Assembly (NCBI GenBank): GCA_045807625.1
Contig: JBJMHA010000063.1
Span: 1,481-65,480 of the forward strand
DNA: 64,000 bases
Source of the DNA: Thermoanaerobaculia bacterium
GTDB lineage: Bacteria > Acidobacteriota > Thermoanaerobaculia > Multivoradales > UBA5704
Reading direction: 5' to 3'
Under the pieces are notes generated by a model. The model did no database searches and had not been told where the DNA came from. It worked only from the letters and a program-made list of their open reading frames with translations. This document shows, piece by piece, positions 54,157-63,170 of the stretch. How positions within the stretch are numbered: the first letter of the stretch is position 1; each line of letters starts with the position of its first letter. The translations under genes and the position numbers were made by a program.

Positions 54157-55740
54157 ATGGAGGGTACGCCGCGCGCCGGCGGGGCGGCGCAGGCCTGGGA
54201 CGAGCTGCTGACCCTCTCCCGCGACGAGGCGAGCGAGCGCCAGATGCTGGAGCGCCTGCTCGACCTCTGGCGGCGGGAGCACGGCGCCGAGGCGGCCGGG
54301 CTCTATCTGGAGCGCGGCGGGCTGCTGCACCAGGAGAGCGCGGCCGGAGGGCACCTCCCCGAGGTGATCGAGGGGGCTCCGGCCGACGGCCTCGGCAGCC
54401 TCGCCTTCCCGGGCGGCCGGCTCCTGGTCTCCCCTTCCACCGCCGCGGCGGCGGCCACGGCGGCCGACCCCCTGACGCTGCTCCTCGCCTCGGCGCTCAA
54501 GAGCTGCCGGCTGAAGGCCGAGCTCAAGGAGCAGCAGTTCCAGGTCAACTACCGGGTGGTGGAGCTGGAGGCCCTCTACGACGTGGGGCTGGCCGTGGCC
54601 TCCACCCTCGACCTCGACCGCCTCTCCGAGGAGATCCTGCTGCGCGCCGTCTCCCTGCTCGACGCCCGGCGGGGCGCCCTCTACATCCTGGAGGACGGCC
54701 GCTACCGCCTGGACCGCACGTTCGGCGGCGAGGCGGCCCCCTGGCTCTCGGGCGAGGACCCGGGGCTGCGCCGGTTCCTCACCGACGGCGGCGAGGCGCC
54801 GCCCCACCTGCTGCCCGGCGCGCGGTACCTGCTGGGGGTGCCGATCGAGGTCGAGAGCGGCCCCCGCGGGCTGATCGCGGTGGGGGACAAGGAGAGCCGC
54901 CGGGGCGTCGGCCCCTTCCTCACCTCGGACCGCCGCACCCTCGCGCTGTTCGCCAACCAGGCGGCGCTGGCCCTGGAGAACGCCCGTCTCCACCTCCAGG
55001 CGCTCGAGAAGGAGCGGCTGGAGCGCGAGATGCACCTCGCGGCCGAGATCCAGCGCCGCATCCTCCCCAAGGGCTCTCCCGCGGTGTCCGGCTACGAGCT
55101 CCTCGGCTGGTACCGCCCGGCGCGCCAGGTGGGAGGCGACTACTACGACCTCTTCCGCCGCGACGACGGCCGGGTGGGCCTGGTGGTGGGCGACGTCTCG
55201 GGCAAGGGGATGCCGGCGGCCCTCCTGGTGTCGACGCTCCACTCGGGCCTCCGCCTGCTGCTCGACCAGATCGGCTTCGGCCCGGCGATGCTGGAGCGGC
55301 TGAACCGCCACATCGGGGACTACAGCGCCGCCAACAAGTTCATCACCATGCTGCTGGCCGAGCTCACCCCCGAAACCGGGGTCCTCCATTACATGAACGC
55401 CGGGCACAACCCCGGGATCCTGCTGCGGCTCGACGGCAGCGCCGAGGAGCTGGCGCCCGGCGGCGTCCCGCTCGGGTTGATCTCCGGCGCGCGGTACCAG
55501 TCCCGGATGGTGACGCTGGCGCCGGGAGACCTCGTCTGCCTCTACAGCGACGGCATCACCGAGGCCGCCTCGCTGGCCGACGAGGAGTTCGGGATGGAGC
55601 GTCTGATCGACCTCCTCCGCGCCGAGCGCGACCGCCCCCTGGAGGAAGTGATCGAGGCCATCACCCACGTGGTCGGCGAATTCTCCCAGGGTCTCCCCCA
55701 GGGGGACGACCAGACGCTGGTGCTGCTGCGGCGGGGGTAG
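54157..55740 (+). CDS. PP2C-family serine phosphatase with GAF domain (RsbU/SpoIIE-like)
   Basis: Central GAF region, then C-terminal PP2C motifs GGDYYD, GDVSGKG and YSDGITEA. Confidence 0.85.
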   Translation: MEGTPRAGGAAQAWDELLTLSRDEASERQMLERLLDLWRREHGAEAAGLYLERGGLLHQESAAGGHLPEVIEGAPADGLGSLAFPGGRLLVSPSTAAAAATAADPLTLLLASALKSCRLKAELKEQQFQVNYRVVELEALYDVGLAVASTLDLDRLSEEILLRAVSLLDARRGALYILEDGRYRLDRTFGGEAAPWLSGEDPGLRRFLTDGGEAPPHLLPGARYLLGVPIEVESGPRGLIAVGDKESRRGVGPFLTSDRRTLALFANQAALALENARLHLQALEKERLEREMHLAAEIQRRILPKGSPAVSGYELLGWYRPARQVGGDYYDLFRRDDGRVGLVVGDVSGKGMPAALLVSTLHSGLRLLLDQIGFGPAMLERLNRHIGDYSAANKFITMLLAELTPETGVLHYMNAGHNPGILLRLDGSAEELAPGGVPLGLISGARYQSRMVTLAPGDLVCLYSDGITEAASLADEEFGMERLIDLLRAERDRPLEEVIEAITHVVGEFSQGLPQGDDQTLVLLRRG

Positions 55741-55749
55741 AATCCCCCC

Positions 55750-56721
55750 ATGAACCGCAAAGCCCTGCTCGCCCTGCTCCTGCTGCTCGTCCCTGTCCTC
55801 CTCCTCGCCCAGAACAAACCCGACGCGCCGCGCCCGAAATGGGCGATCGCCATCCATGGCGGCGCCGGCACGATCCCCAAGACCATGCCCGAGGCGAAGA
55901 AGCAGGAGTACCTCCGCTCGCTTGGGGCAGCCCTCAAGATCGGCCAGGACGTGCTCCAGAAGGGGGGCACCAGCCTGGACGCGGTCGAGAAGGTGATCCG
56001 CTTCCTGGAGGACGATCCGCTGTTCAACGCCGGCAAGGGGGCGGTCTACACCCACGAGGGGACGCACGAGCTCGACGCCGCCATCATGGACGGCCGCGAT
56101 CTCTCCTGCGGCTCGGTGGCCGCGCTGAAGACGGTCAAGAACCCCATCTCCCTGGCCCGGCTGGTGAAGGAGAAGTCGCCGCACGTCTTCCTGGTGGGGG
56201 AGGGGGCCGAGGCGTTCGCCTCGCAGATGAAGGTGGAGCGGGTCGTCAATTCTTGGTTCGACACCCCCGAGCGCTACCAGCAGCTCCAGGAGGCGCTCAA
56301 GGAGGAGCCCAAGGAGCATGGGACGGTCGGCTGCGTGGCCCTCGACACCCACGGCAACCTGGCGGCGGGGACCTCCACCGGCGGCCTCACCAACAAGCGG
56401 TTCGGCCGCCTGGGGGACGTGCCGGTGATCGGCGCCGGCACCTACGCCAACAACCAGACCTGCGCCCTCTCGGCCACCGGCATCGGCGAGGAGTTCATCA
56501 AGCACACCGTGTCGCACGACATCTCGGCCCTCATGGAGTACTCCGGCCTCTCGCTCCAGAAGGCAGCGGACCGGGTGATCCACCAGAAGCTGAAGCCCGG
56601 CGACGGCGGCGTCATCGGCGTCGCCCACGACGGCTCGATCGCGCTGGTCTTCAACTCCGAGGGGATGTATCGCGGGGCGGCCGATTCGAACGGCCGCTTC
56701 GAGGTCAAGATCTGGGAGTAG
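55750..56721 (+). CDS. iaaA: Isoaspartyl peptidase / L-asparaginase (Ntn-hydrolase, plant-type), exported
   Basis: Signal peptide MNRKALLALLLLLVPVLLLAQ. Motifs AIHGGAG, the autoprocessing site GTVGCVALD and GGLTNKRFGR. Confidence 0.85.
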   Translation: MNRKALLALLLLLVPVLLLAQNKPDAPRPKWAIAIHGGAGTIPKTMPEAKKQEYLRSLGAALKIGQDVLQKGGTSLDAVEKVIRFLEDDPLFNAGKGAVYTHEGTHELDAAIMDGRDLSCGSVAALKTVKNPISLARLVKEKSPHVFLVGEGAEAFASQMKVERVVNSWFDTPERYQQLQEALKEEPKEHGTVGCVALDTHGNLAAGTSTGGLTNKRFGRLGDVPVIGAGTYANNQTCALSATGIGEEFIKHTVSHDISALMEYSGLSLQKAADRVIHQKLKPGDGGVIGVAHDGSIALVFNSEGMYRGAADSNGRFEVKIWE

Positions 56722-56722
56722 C

Positions 56723-58063
56723 TCAATCAGGGCAGGGGCGCAGGCCGCTGCCGCTGACTACAGCCAGCATCGGCGCGGTGGTGGCCCGGAAGAGCCCGGC
56801 GCCGGTCGCGACCGGCACCAGCTCGGAGCCGATGGCCAGCACCCGGGAGAGGAGCCCCGGCAGATCGTCCTCCCAGATCAGGTCCGGCACGGAGCGGCCG
56901 AGCGCGCCGCCGGTGATCAGGCGGTTGCCCCGCGCCACCGCGCGGAAGCGCAAGGCCTTGGGGTCGAAGGCCTCGAGCGGGTCGAGCGCGGCGATCCAGA
57001 GGCCCCCCTCCGCGGCCTGGAGCAGCTCGGTCTCGGAGGCCCCGCCCGGCAGCAGGAAGAGATGGCCAGGGACAGCCTCGTCCGGCGCCACCCGCTGCGC
57101 GGTGGGGGGGCGGTCGAGCTCGCGGGCGAGCCGGTCGTCGATCGCGGGGGTGAGCGCGACGCCGCCGGTCATCACGTCGACCGGCCGCGCCGCGGCGCCC
57201 AGCAGGTCGAAGGGGAAGGGGAGGCCGCACGGGTCCGTGGGGTCGTCGCGCAGGTGGACCGCGGGGTGGAAGACCGCCTGGCCCAGCCGCTCGCGCAGGA
57301 AGGAGAGGCCGCAGTGGAACGCGTCGGAGGCGAGCGCCTGCCGGTTGAGCAGCTCGACGAGCAGGGCCGCCGCCTCCTGGGAGAGCAGGAGGGGGCCGGG
57401 TCCCGCGGGGGGCGGCACCACCTCCGGCGGGCCCTGGCGGCGCCACGCCCGCTCGCGCACCCCCTGGGGGTCGAGGCCGGCGAGCGACCGCGAGGCCGCC
57501 GCGGCGCGCCCGGCGCCGGGCTGGCGCCCGCAGACCACCTCGATCCACCCCGAGGTGACCTCGGCGGCCCGGCGCAGCCCGCGGCTGCTGGCCACGGCGA
57601 CCCGCCCGTCGGACCAGCCGAGGCGGGAGGTCTCCCCCTTGCCGCCGCCGGAGCCCGCGAGGCGCTGCAGCAGGTCGTGGGCGCGGGCCGGCGTCATCCG
57701 CGCCAGCTCGGGATCGAAGAGGCCGGCGGTGTCGACGGGAGCGGCGGCGTCCGGCGGGTCGAGCGGTGGCGGGGAGGGGGGCGCGAGGCGCGCCTGGGCG
57801 AGGGCCTCGCGCACCGCGCTCTCCAGGTCGGAGCGGGTCGAGGCGCTGGTGCGGTACATGCCGGTGCGGCCGGACTCGCGCACCCGCACCAGCACCGACC
57901 GCTCGTGGAGCTCGTAGCTGTCGCGCCGCCGCTTGCCCGTGCTCTCCTGGCCCCGGCGGACCTCCAGCCAGGAGATCTCCGTGGCCTCGGCCGGGGAGCC
58001 GGCCAGCGCGTGCTCCAGGCGGGAGACGATCTCGGGCAGAGCGACCGGACCCTCGGGAAACAT
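56723..58063 (-). CDS. pmbA: TldE/PmbA-family metallopeptidase
   Basis: Start MFPEGPVALPEIVSRLEHAL. Family-typical N-domain and C-terminal region. Only one member of the usual TldD/TldE pair is present. Confidence 0.75.
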   Translation of the reverse strand: MFPEGPVALPEIVSRLEHALAGSPAEATEISWLEVRRGQESTGKRRRDSYELHERSVLVRVRESGRTGMYRTSASTRSDLESAVREALAQARLAPPSPPPLDPPDAAAPVDTAGLFDPELARMTPARAHDLLQRLAGSGGGKGETSRLGWSDGRVAVASSRGLRRAAEVTSGWIEVVCGRQPGAGRAAAASRSLAGLDPQGVRERAWRRQGPPEVVPPPAGPGPLLLSQEAAALLVELLNRQALASDAFHCGLSFLRERLGQAVFHPAVHLRDDPTDPCGLPFPFDLLGAAARPVDVMTGGVALTPAIDDRLARELDRPPTAQRVAPDEAVPGHLFLLPGGASETELLQAAEGGLWIAALDPLEAFDPKALRFRAVARGNRLITGGALGRSVPDLIWEDDLPGLLSRVLAIGSELVPVATGAGLFRATTAPMLAVVSGSGLRPCPD

Positions 58064-58183
58064 CCGCGGGAGTGTACATCGGCCCCCGCAAAAACGTAGC
58101 ATCCAGACAGGTTTTCCGAATGGCTTGCTCTTTGCACTCCCTGGCTACGGCCAAGGGTGGAGGAGCTGGGGAGAAATGCTGAG

Positions 58184-59887
58184 ATGTCAACGAGATTCGC
58201 GCCTGTGCTGGGCTTTCTGCTGCTCGGGGCGGCGGTCGTCGCCGCCCCGAAGCTTTCCTATGGAGAGGACACCGCCGACCTCATCCTGAGTCATGGCGTC
58301 TTCTATCCCGTCCAGCCGCCGGGGAAGGTCGAGGGGAGCCTCGCCGTCCGCGGCGGGCGGATCGTGTACCTCGGCACCGACGCCGGAGCCGAGCGGCTGC
58401 GGGGCCCGAAGACCCGGGTGATCGACCTCGCCGGCCGCGCCGCCACCCCCGGCCTGATCGATGCCCACTCCCACCTGGCCGGGCTGGGGGAGTCCCTGGA
58501 GCAGGTCGACCTCAACGGCGCCGCCACCTACGGCGAGGTGATCCGCCGGGTGCGCGAGGCCGCCCGCGCCCTTTCTCCCGGAGCCTGGGTGCGCGGCCGG
58601 GGGTGGGACCAGAACCGCTGGCCGGACAAGCGCTTCCCCACCCACCAGGAGCTCTCCGCCGCGGTGCCGGACCACCCCGTCTGGCTCACCCGGGTCGACG
58701 GCCACGCCGCCCTGGCCAACGCCGCCGCCCTGAAGGTCCTCGGCATCGACGCCTCCACCAAGGACCCCTCCGGCGGCCGCTTCCTGCGCGACGAGGCCGG
58801 CCGGCCCACCGGCGTGATGATCGACAATGCCAAGGGGTGGGCGGAGAGCCGGCTTCCCGAGCCCTCGGCGGCGGACCGCCGCCGCACCCTGGCCAAGGCC
58901 GCCCGCCACTGCGTGGAGCTGGGGCTGACCACGGTGACCGACATGGGGATCGGCGACGCCACCTACCGGGCCTACAAGGCGCTCAAGGGCTCCCGCGAGC
59001 TGCCCCTGCGCGCCGCCCTCTTCCTCACCGACGACAAGGCCCTGCTCGACGCCTGGATGGCCCGCGGCCCGGAGATCGACCCCGACGTCCGGGTCAACGT
59101 GCGGGGGGTGAAGATGTACATCGACGGCGCTCTGGGGAGCCGCGGCGCCGCCCTGCTCGAGCCCTACAGCGACGACCCGGGGAACCTCGGCCTGCTGGTC
59201 TCGACCGGCGACCACCTGGAGGAGGTGGCCCGCCGGGCGCTCGCCCGCGGCTTCCAGGTCGGCATCCACGCCATCGGCGACCGCGGCGGCCTGGTGGCCC
59301 TCGACGCCCTGGAGCGGGCCCTCGGCGGTCCCAACCCCGAGGCGCGCTTCCGGCTGGAGCACTCGCAGGTGCTGCGCCTCCAGGACATCCAGCGCATGGC
59401 CCGCCTGGGGATCATCGCCTCCATGCAGCCCACCCACGCCACCTCGGACATGCCGTGGGCCGGCGACCGGGTGGGGCCGCACCGCCTCCAGGGGGCCTAC
59501 GCCTGGCGCAAGGTACTGGACGCGCACGGCCGGCTCGCCCTGGGGAGCGACTTTCCTGTCGAGTCGGCGGACCCCCGGCTGGGGCTCTACGCCGCCGTCA
59601 CCCGCCAGGACCTCCAGGGGAACCCGCCGGGGGGGTGGCTGCCGGGCGAGCGGCTGACGCGCGAGGAGGCCCTGCGCGGCTTCACCCTCGACGCCGCCTG
59701 GTCGCTCTTCCTGGAGAAGGAGGTCGGATCGCTGGAGGTGGGCAAGCGGGCGGACCTGGTGGTCTTCGCCCGGGACCCGATGAGCGTCCCGGAGCGGGAG
59801 ATCCCCCGCGCGGCGATCGACTACACCGTGGTCGACGGCCAGGTGGTCTTTGAGCGGGGGACAAGCGAGCGAGGGAGCGGCCGGTGA
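58184..59887 (+). CDS. Amidohydrolase family protein (Amidohydro_3 / YtcJ-like), exported
   Basis: Signal peptide MSTRFAPVLGFLLLGAAVVAAP. PGLIDAHSHL metal-binding HxH, and later HAIGD and D-rich motifs. Confidence 0.8.
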   Translation: MSTRFAPVLGFLLLGAAVVAAPKLSYGEDTADLILSHGVFYPVQPPGKVEGSLAVRGGRIVYLGTDAGAERLRGPKTRVIDLAGRAATPGLIDAHSHLAGLGESLEQVDLNGAATYGEVIRRVREAARALSPGAWVRGRGWDQNRWPDKRFPTHQELSAAVPDHPVWLTRVDGHAALANAAALKVLGIDASTKDPSGGRFLRDEAGRPTGVMIDNAKGWAESRLPEPSAADRRRTLAKAARHCVELGLTTVTDMGIGDATYRAYKALKGSRELPLRAALFLTDDKALLDAWMARGPEIDPDVRVNVRGVKMYIDGALGSRGAALLEPYSDDPGNLGLLVSTGDHLEEVARRALARGFQVGIHAIGDRGGLVALDALERALGGPNPEARFRLEHSQVLRLQDIQRMARLGIIASMQPTHATSDMPWAGDRVGPHRLQGAYAWRKVLDAHGRLALGSDFPVESADPRLGLYAAVTRQDLQGNPPGGWLPGERLTREEALRGFTLDAAWSLFLEKEVGSLEVGKRADLVVFARDPMSVPEREIPRAAIDYTVVDGQVVFERGTSERGSGR

Positions 59888-60633
59888 CCCGGACGGCCCT
59901 CCGGGGCCACCGCCGCGCCGCCCTCCGCGGGCTGGCGGCCGTCCTCGTGGCGGCCGGGCTGCTCTGCGGCTCCGCCTCGGCCGGCGACAGCTACGAGGCG
60001 CAGCGCCATGCCATGGTGGAGCAGCAGATCCGGCAGCACGGCGTCACCAAGCCGGAGGTGCTGGCGGCCATGGAGCAGGTGCCCCGCCACATGTTCGTGC
60101 CCGACTCCCTGCGCCCCGACGCCTACAGCGACCGCCCGTTGGCGCTCGGCCAGGGGCGGACCCTCTACCAGCCCTACATGGTGGCGCTGATGACCTCGCT
60201 GCTCGACCTCAAGCGCGGCGACAAGGTGCTGGAGATCGGCACCGGCACCGGCTACCACGCGGCGGTGCTCTCGCGCATCGCCCGCGAGGTCTACTCGATC
60301 GAGATCGTCGAGCCGGTCGCCAACCAGGCGAGCAAACGGCTCTCGGTGCTGGGCTATCACAACGTCGAGGTGCTGAACGGGGACGGCTACCAGGGGTGGC
60401 CCGACAAGGCGCCGTTCGACGCCATCCTGTTCTCCGCGGCGCCGCCGACCCTCCCCTCGATCAAGCCGCTGCTCAAGCAGCTCCGGACCGGCGGCAAGAT
60501 CGTGGCGCCGGTGGGAGGCTTCTTCCAGGACCTCCTGGTGATCACCAAGGCCGCCGACGGCCTGGAGAAGCGGACGGTGATCCCGGTCCGCCTGTCGCCG
60601 ATGAAGGGGAAGGTGCAGGATGGCGGCCGCTAG
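59884..60633 (+). CDS. pcm: Protein-L-isoaspartate O-methyltransferase (Pcm), exported paralog 1
   Basis: SQPYMVALMTSLLDL and VLEIGTGTGYHAAVL SAM motif. N-terminal signal/lipobox-like LLCGSASA. GTG start overlapping the upstream stop. Confidence 0.85.
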   Translation: MTRTALRGHRRAALRGLAAVLVAAGLLCGSASAGDSYEAQRHAMVEQQIRQHGVTKPEVLAAMEQVPRHMFVPDSLRPDAYSDRPLALGQGRTLYQPYMVALMTSLLDLKRGDKVLEIGTGTGYHAAVLSRIAREVYSIEIVEPVANQASKRLSVLGYHNVEVLNGDGYQGWPDKAPFDAILFSAAPPTLPSIKPLLKQLRTGGKIVAPVGGFFQDLLVITKAADGLEKRTVIPVRLSPMKGKVQDGGR

Positions 60634-61369
60634 GGTTGGGGTGAGGTCGCGCCGGCTCGCGGCCGCGCTGATCCTGGGGGCGCTGCTCGCTCCCGGGGCC
60701 GTCCGCTGCGACGGTCCGGACGACCCCTTCGCCGCGGCGCGCCATCAGATGGTCGAGCGGATCCGCGGCCGCGGCGTCACCGACGCGGCCGTGCTCGCCG
60801 CCCTGGAGGCGGTGCCGCGCCACCTCTTCGTCCCCCCGGCCGACCGCGCCAAGGCCTACGAGGACCGCCCCCTCCCCATCGGCGACGGCCAGACGATCTC
60901 CCAGCCCTACATGGTGGCGCTGATGACCTCGCTCCTGGAGCTGCGGCCGGGGGAGCGGGTGCTGGAGGTGGGCACCGGCTCGGGCTACCAGGCCGCCATC
61001 CTCTCCCGCGTGGCGGCCGAGGTCTACACGATCGAGATCCGCAAGCCGTTCGCCGAGCGGGCCCGCCGCACCCTGGACGCCCTCGGCTACCGCAACATCC
61101 AGATCCGCGCCGGCGACGGCTTCCAGGGCTGGCGCGACGCCGCCCCCTTCGACGGCATCATCGTCACCGCCGCGCCGCCGAGCGTCCCCGACCCCCTCCT
61201 GCGCCAGCTCAAGACCGGCGGCCGGCTGGTGATCCCGGTGGGGGACCGCAATTCCCTCCAGAGCCTCCTCGTCCTCACCAAGCGCCGCGATGGCGGCTTC
61301 GAACGCTCGAACGTGATGCCGGTCTTCTTCGTGCCCATGACCGGCGAGGCCCAGCGCCGCGAGCGGTAG
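60620..61369 (+). CDS. pcm: Protein-L-isoaspartate O-methyltransferase (Pcm), exported paralog 2
   Basis: SQPYMVALMTSLLEL and VLEVGTGSGYQAAIL. N-terminal hydrophobic signal LAAALILGALLAPGAVRC. Confidence 0.85.
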   Translation: MAAARVGVRSRRLAAALILGALLAPGAVRCDGPDDPFAAARHQMVERIRGRGVTDAAVLAALEAVPRHLFVPPADRAKAYEDRPLPIGDGQTISQPYMVALMTSLLELRPGERVLEVGTGSGYQAAILSRVAAEVYTIEIRKPFAERARRTLDALGYRNIQIRAGDGFQGWRDAAPFDGIIVTAAPPSVPDPLLRQLKTGGRLVIPVGDRNSLQSLLVLTKRRDGGFERSNVMPVFFVPMTGEAQRRER

Positions 61370-61526
61370 GAGGGGGACACGGACGAGCACGGACAGATAC
61401 GGACGAGCAAGGACTAGAAACAACGTCCTTGATCGTCCGTTGGGGTCCGTGTTCCCCCCTCTCTCGTTTGACGCCACCTCAGGCCCGGCATACGCTTAGC
61501 ATCCGCATTCGCAAGGGGGCCGGGCT

Positions 61527-62216
61527 TTGGCCGAGATGGGGCGTGAAAGCATCCTGGGGCTGGACAACATCCGTCTCGCTCTCCCCGTCGCGGGGATCGG
61601 GAGCCGGTCGCTGGCCGCGTTCCTCGACTACCTGATTCTGGCTCTGCTCTCGCTGCTCTGGGTCCTCTTCTGCGCCTTCCTCCTCGCCCCCCTGGCCGAG
61701 ACCCTGGGGATCGTCATCCTCCTGAGTGGCCTGTTCCTGCTGCACTGGGGCTGGTTCGCCGGCCAGGAGATCGCCATGCACGGCCGCACCTTCGGCAAGC
61801 GGGCCATGCAACTGCGAGTGGTCACGGCCGAGGGGGGGACCGCGGGCCCCGGCGCGCTGCTGATCCGCAACCTGGTCCGCAGTCTCGACCTCCTGGTGGG
61901 CGTGGTGCTGATGGCCGTCGATCCGCTCTCCCGCCGGCTGGGCGACCGCCTTGCCGGCACCCTGGTCGTGCACGACCGCCCCCTGGAGACGGGGCCCGTG
62001 CTGGGCCGGGTGCCCCCGGGGTGGAACGCGCGCGAGCTGGCCGTGGTGGAGTCCTTCCTCGCCCGCGCCGAGACCCTGGAGCCGCCGCTGCGCCGGCAGA
62101 TGGCCGAGCGCATCCTCGACGCTGTCCGCCGCGACGCCCCCGGGCTGCTGGCGGACGCCGCGCCGGGCGCGGACCCCGTGGCGGTCCTCCGCCGGGCCCT
62201 CGAGGCGGAGGCCTGA
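61527..62216 (+). CDS. RDD family membrane protein
   Basis: Three TM helices with RDD-like motifs (RSLAAFLDYLI, GRTFGKRAMQLRVV). Confidence 0.7.
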   Translation: MAEMGRESILGLDNIRLALPVAGIGSRSLAAFLDYLILALLSLLWVLFCAFLLAPLAETLGIVILLSGLFLLHWGWFAGQEIAMHGRTFGKRAMQLRVVTAEGGTAGPGALLIRNLVRSLDLLVGVVLMAVDPLSRRLGDRLAGTLVVHDRPLETGPVLGRVPPGWNARELAVVESFLARAETLEPPLRRQMAERILDAVRRDAPGLLADAAPGADPVAVLRRALEAEA

Positions 62217-62219
62217 GCG

Positions 62220-63170
62220 ATGGACTACGCCCGCTTCGTCCGCCTGCGCCGGCCGCTCTGGGACACCTTCGAGGGGGAGCTCGCGGCGGGCGAGCTGCCC
62301 GGCTACGGCGGCCTGGAGGAGATGGCCCTGCGCTACCGCCAGGTGCTGCACGACCACGCCCTCGCCGCCGCCCGCTTCCCCGGCACCGCCGCCGCCCGCC
62401 GCCTCCAGGGGCTCGCCGTGGAGGGGACCCGCCGCCTCACCGGCGAGGCGCGGCCGCGCGGCGGGCTGTTGCGCTTCTTCGGCCGCACCTTCCCGCTCGC
62501 CTTCCAGCGCCAGCTCGGCCTCACCGGGCTCGCCGTGGCCCTCTTCCTCTTCGCCGCCGCCTGGGGGCTCACCCTGGCGGTCCTCCGCCCCGCGCTGGGC
62601 CTGAGCATCCTGGGCCCCGCGGCGGTCCAGGGGCTGGAGGAGGGGCACCTGTGGACCGAGTCGCTGGTCACCACCGTGCCGCCGGCCCTCGGCGCCTCCG
62701 GCATCGCCACCAACAACCTGTCGGTGGGGCTGACCACCTGGGGCGGCGGCCTGCTGGCCGGCCTGGTGCCGCTCTACGAGCTGCTGCTGAACGGCCTGGT
62801 CCTCGGCTCGGTCCTCGGCGTCACCCTCCACTACTCGATGGCCGGCGACCTCCTGGGGTTCATCGCCGCCCACGGGCTGCTCGAGATCACCCTGATCCTG
62901 GTGCTGGCGGGGGCCGGCCTCGACATCGGCCGCTCCCTGGTGGCGGCGTCGGACGTGCCGCGCGCCCTCGCCCTGCGCGAGACCGGCCGCCGCGCCCTCG
63001 CCGTCCTGCTCGGCTGCCTCCCCTGGTTTGTGGTGCTCGGGATCGTGGAGGCGGTGGTCTCGCCGGCGCCGGGGGTGCCGGCCCTCGGCAAGCTGGCCCT
63101 CGGGCTCACCCTGGAGGGGATCTTCCTCTTCCTGGCTCTCCGTCCCGTCCGCGAGGCAAACGATGATTGA
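62220..63170 (+). CDS. SpoIIM-like / DUF95 polytopic membrane protein
   Basis: Several TM helices in the C-terminal half. Soluble N-domain. Confidence 0.6.
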   Translation: MDYARFVRLRRPLWDTFEGELAAGELPGYGGLEEMALRYRQVLHDHALAAARFPGTAAARRLQGLAVEGTRRLTGEARPRGGLLRFFGRTFPLAFQRQLGLTGLAVALFLFAAAWGLTLAVLRPALGLSILGPAAVQGLEEGHLWTESLVTTVPPALGASGIATNNLSVGLTTWGGGLLAGLVPLYELLLNGLVLGSVLGVTLHYSMAGDLLGFIAAHGLLEITLILVLAGAGLDIGRSLVAASDVPRALALRETGRRALAVLLGCLPWFVVLGIVEAVVSPAPGVPALGKLALGLTLEGIFLFLALRPVREANDD

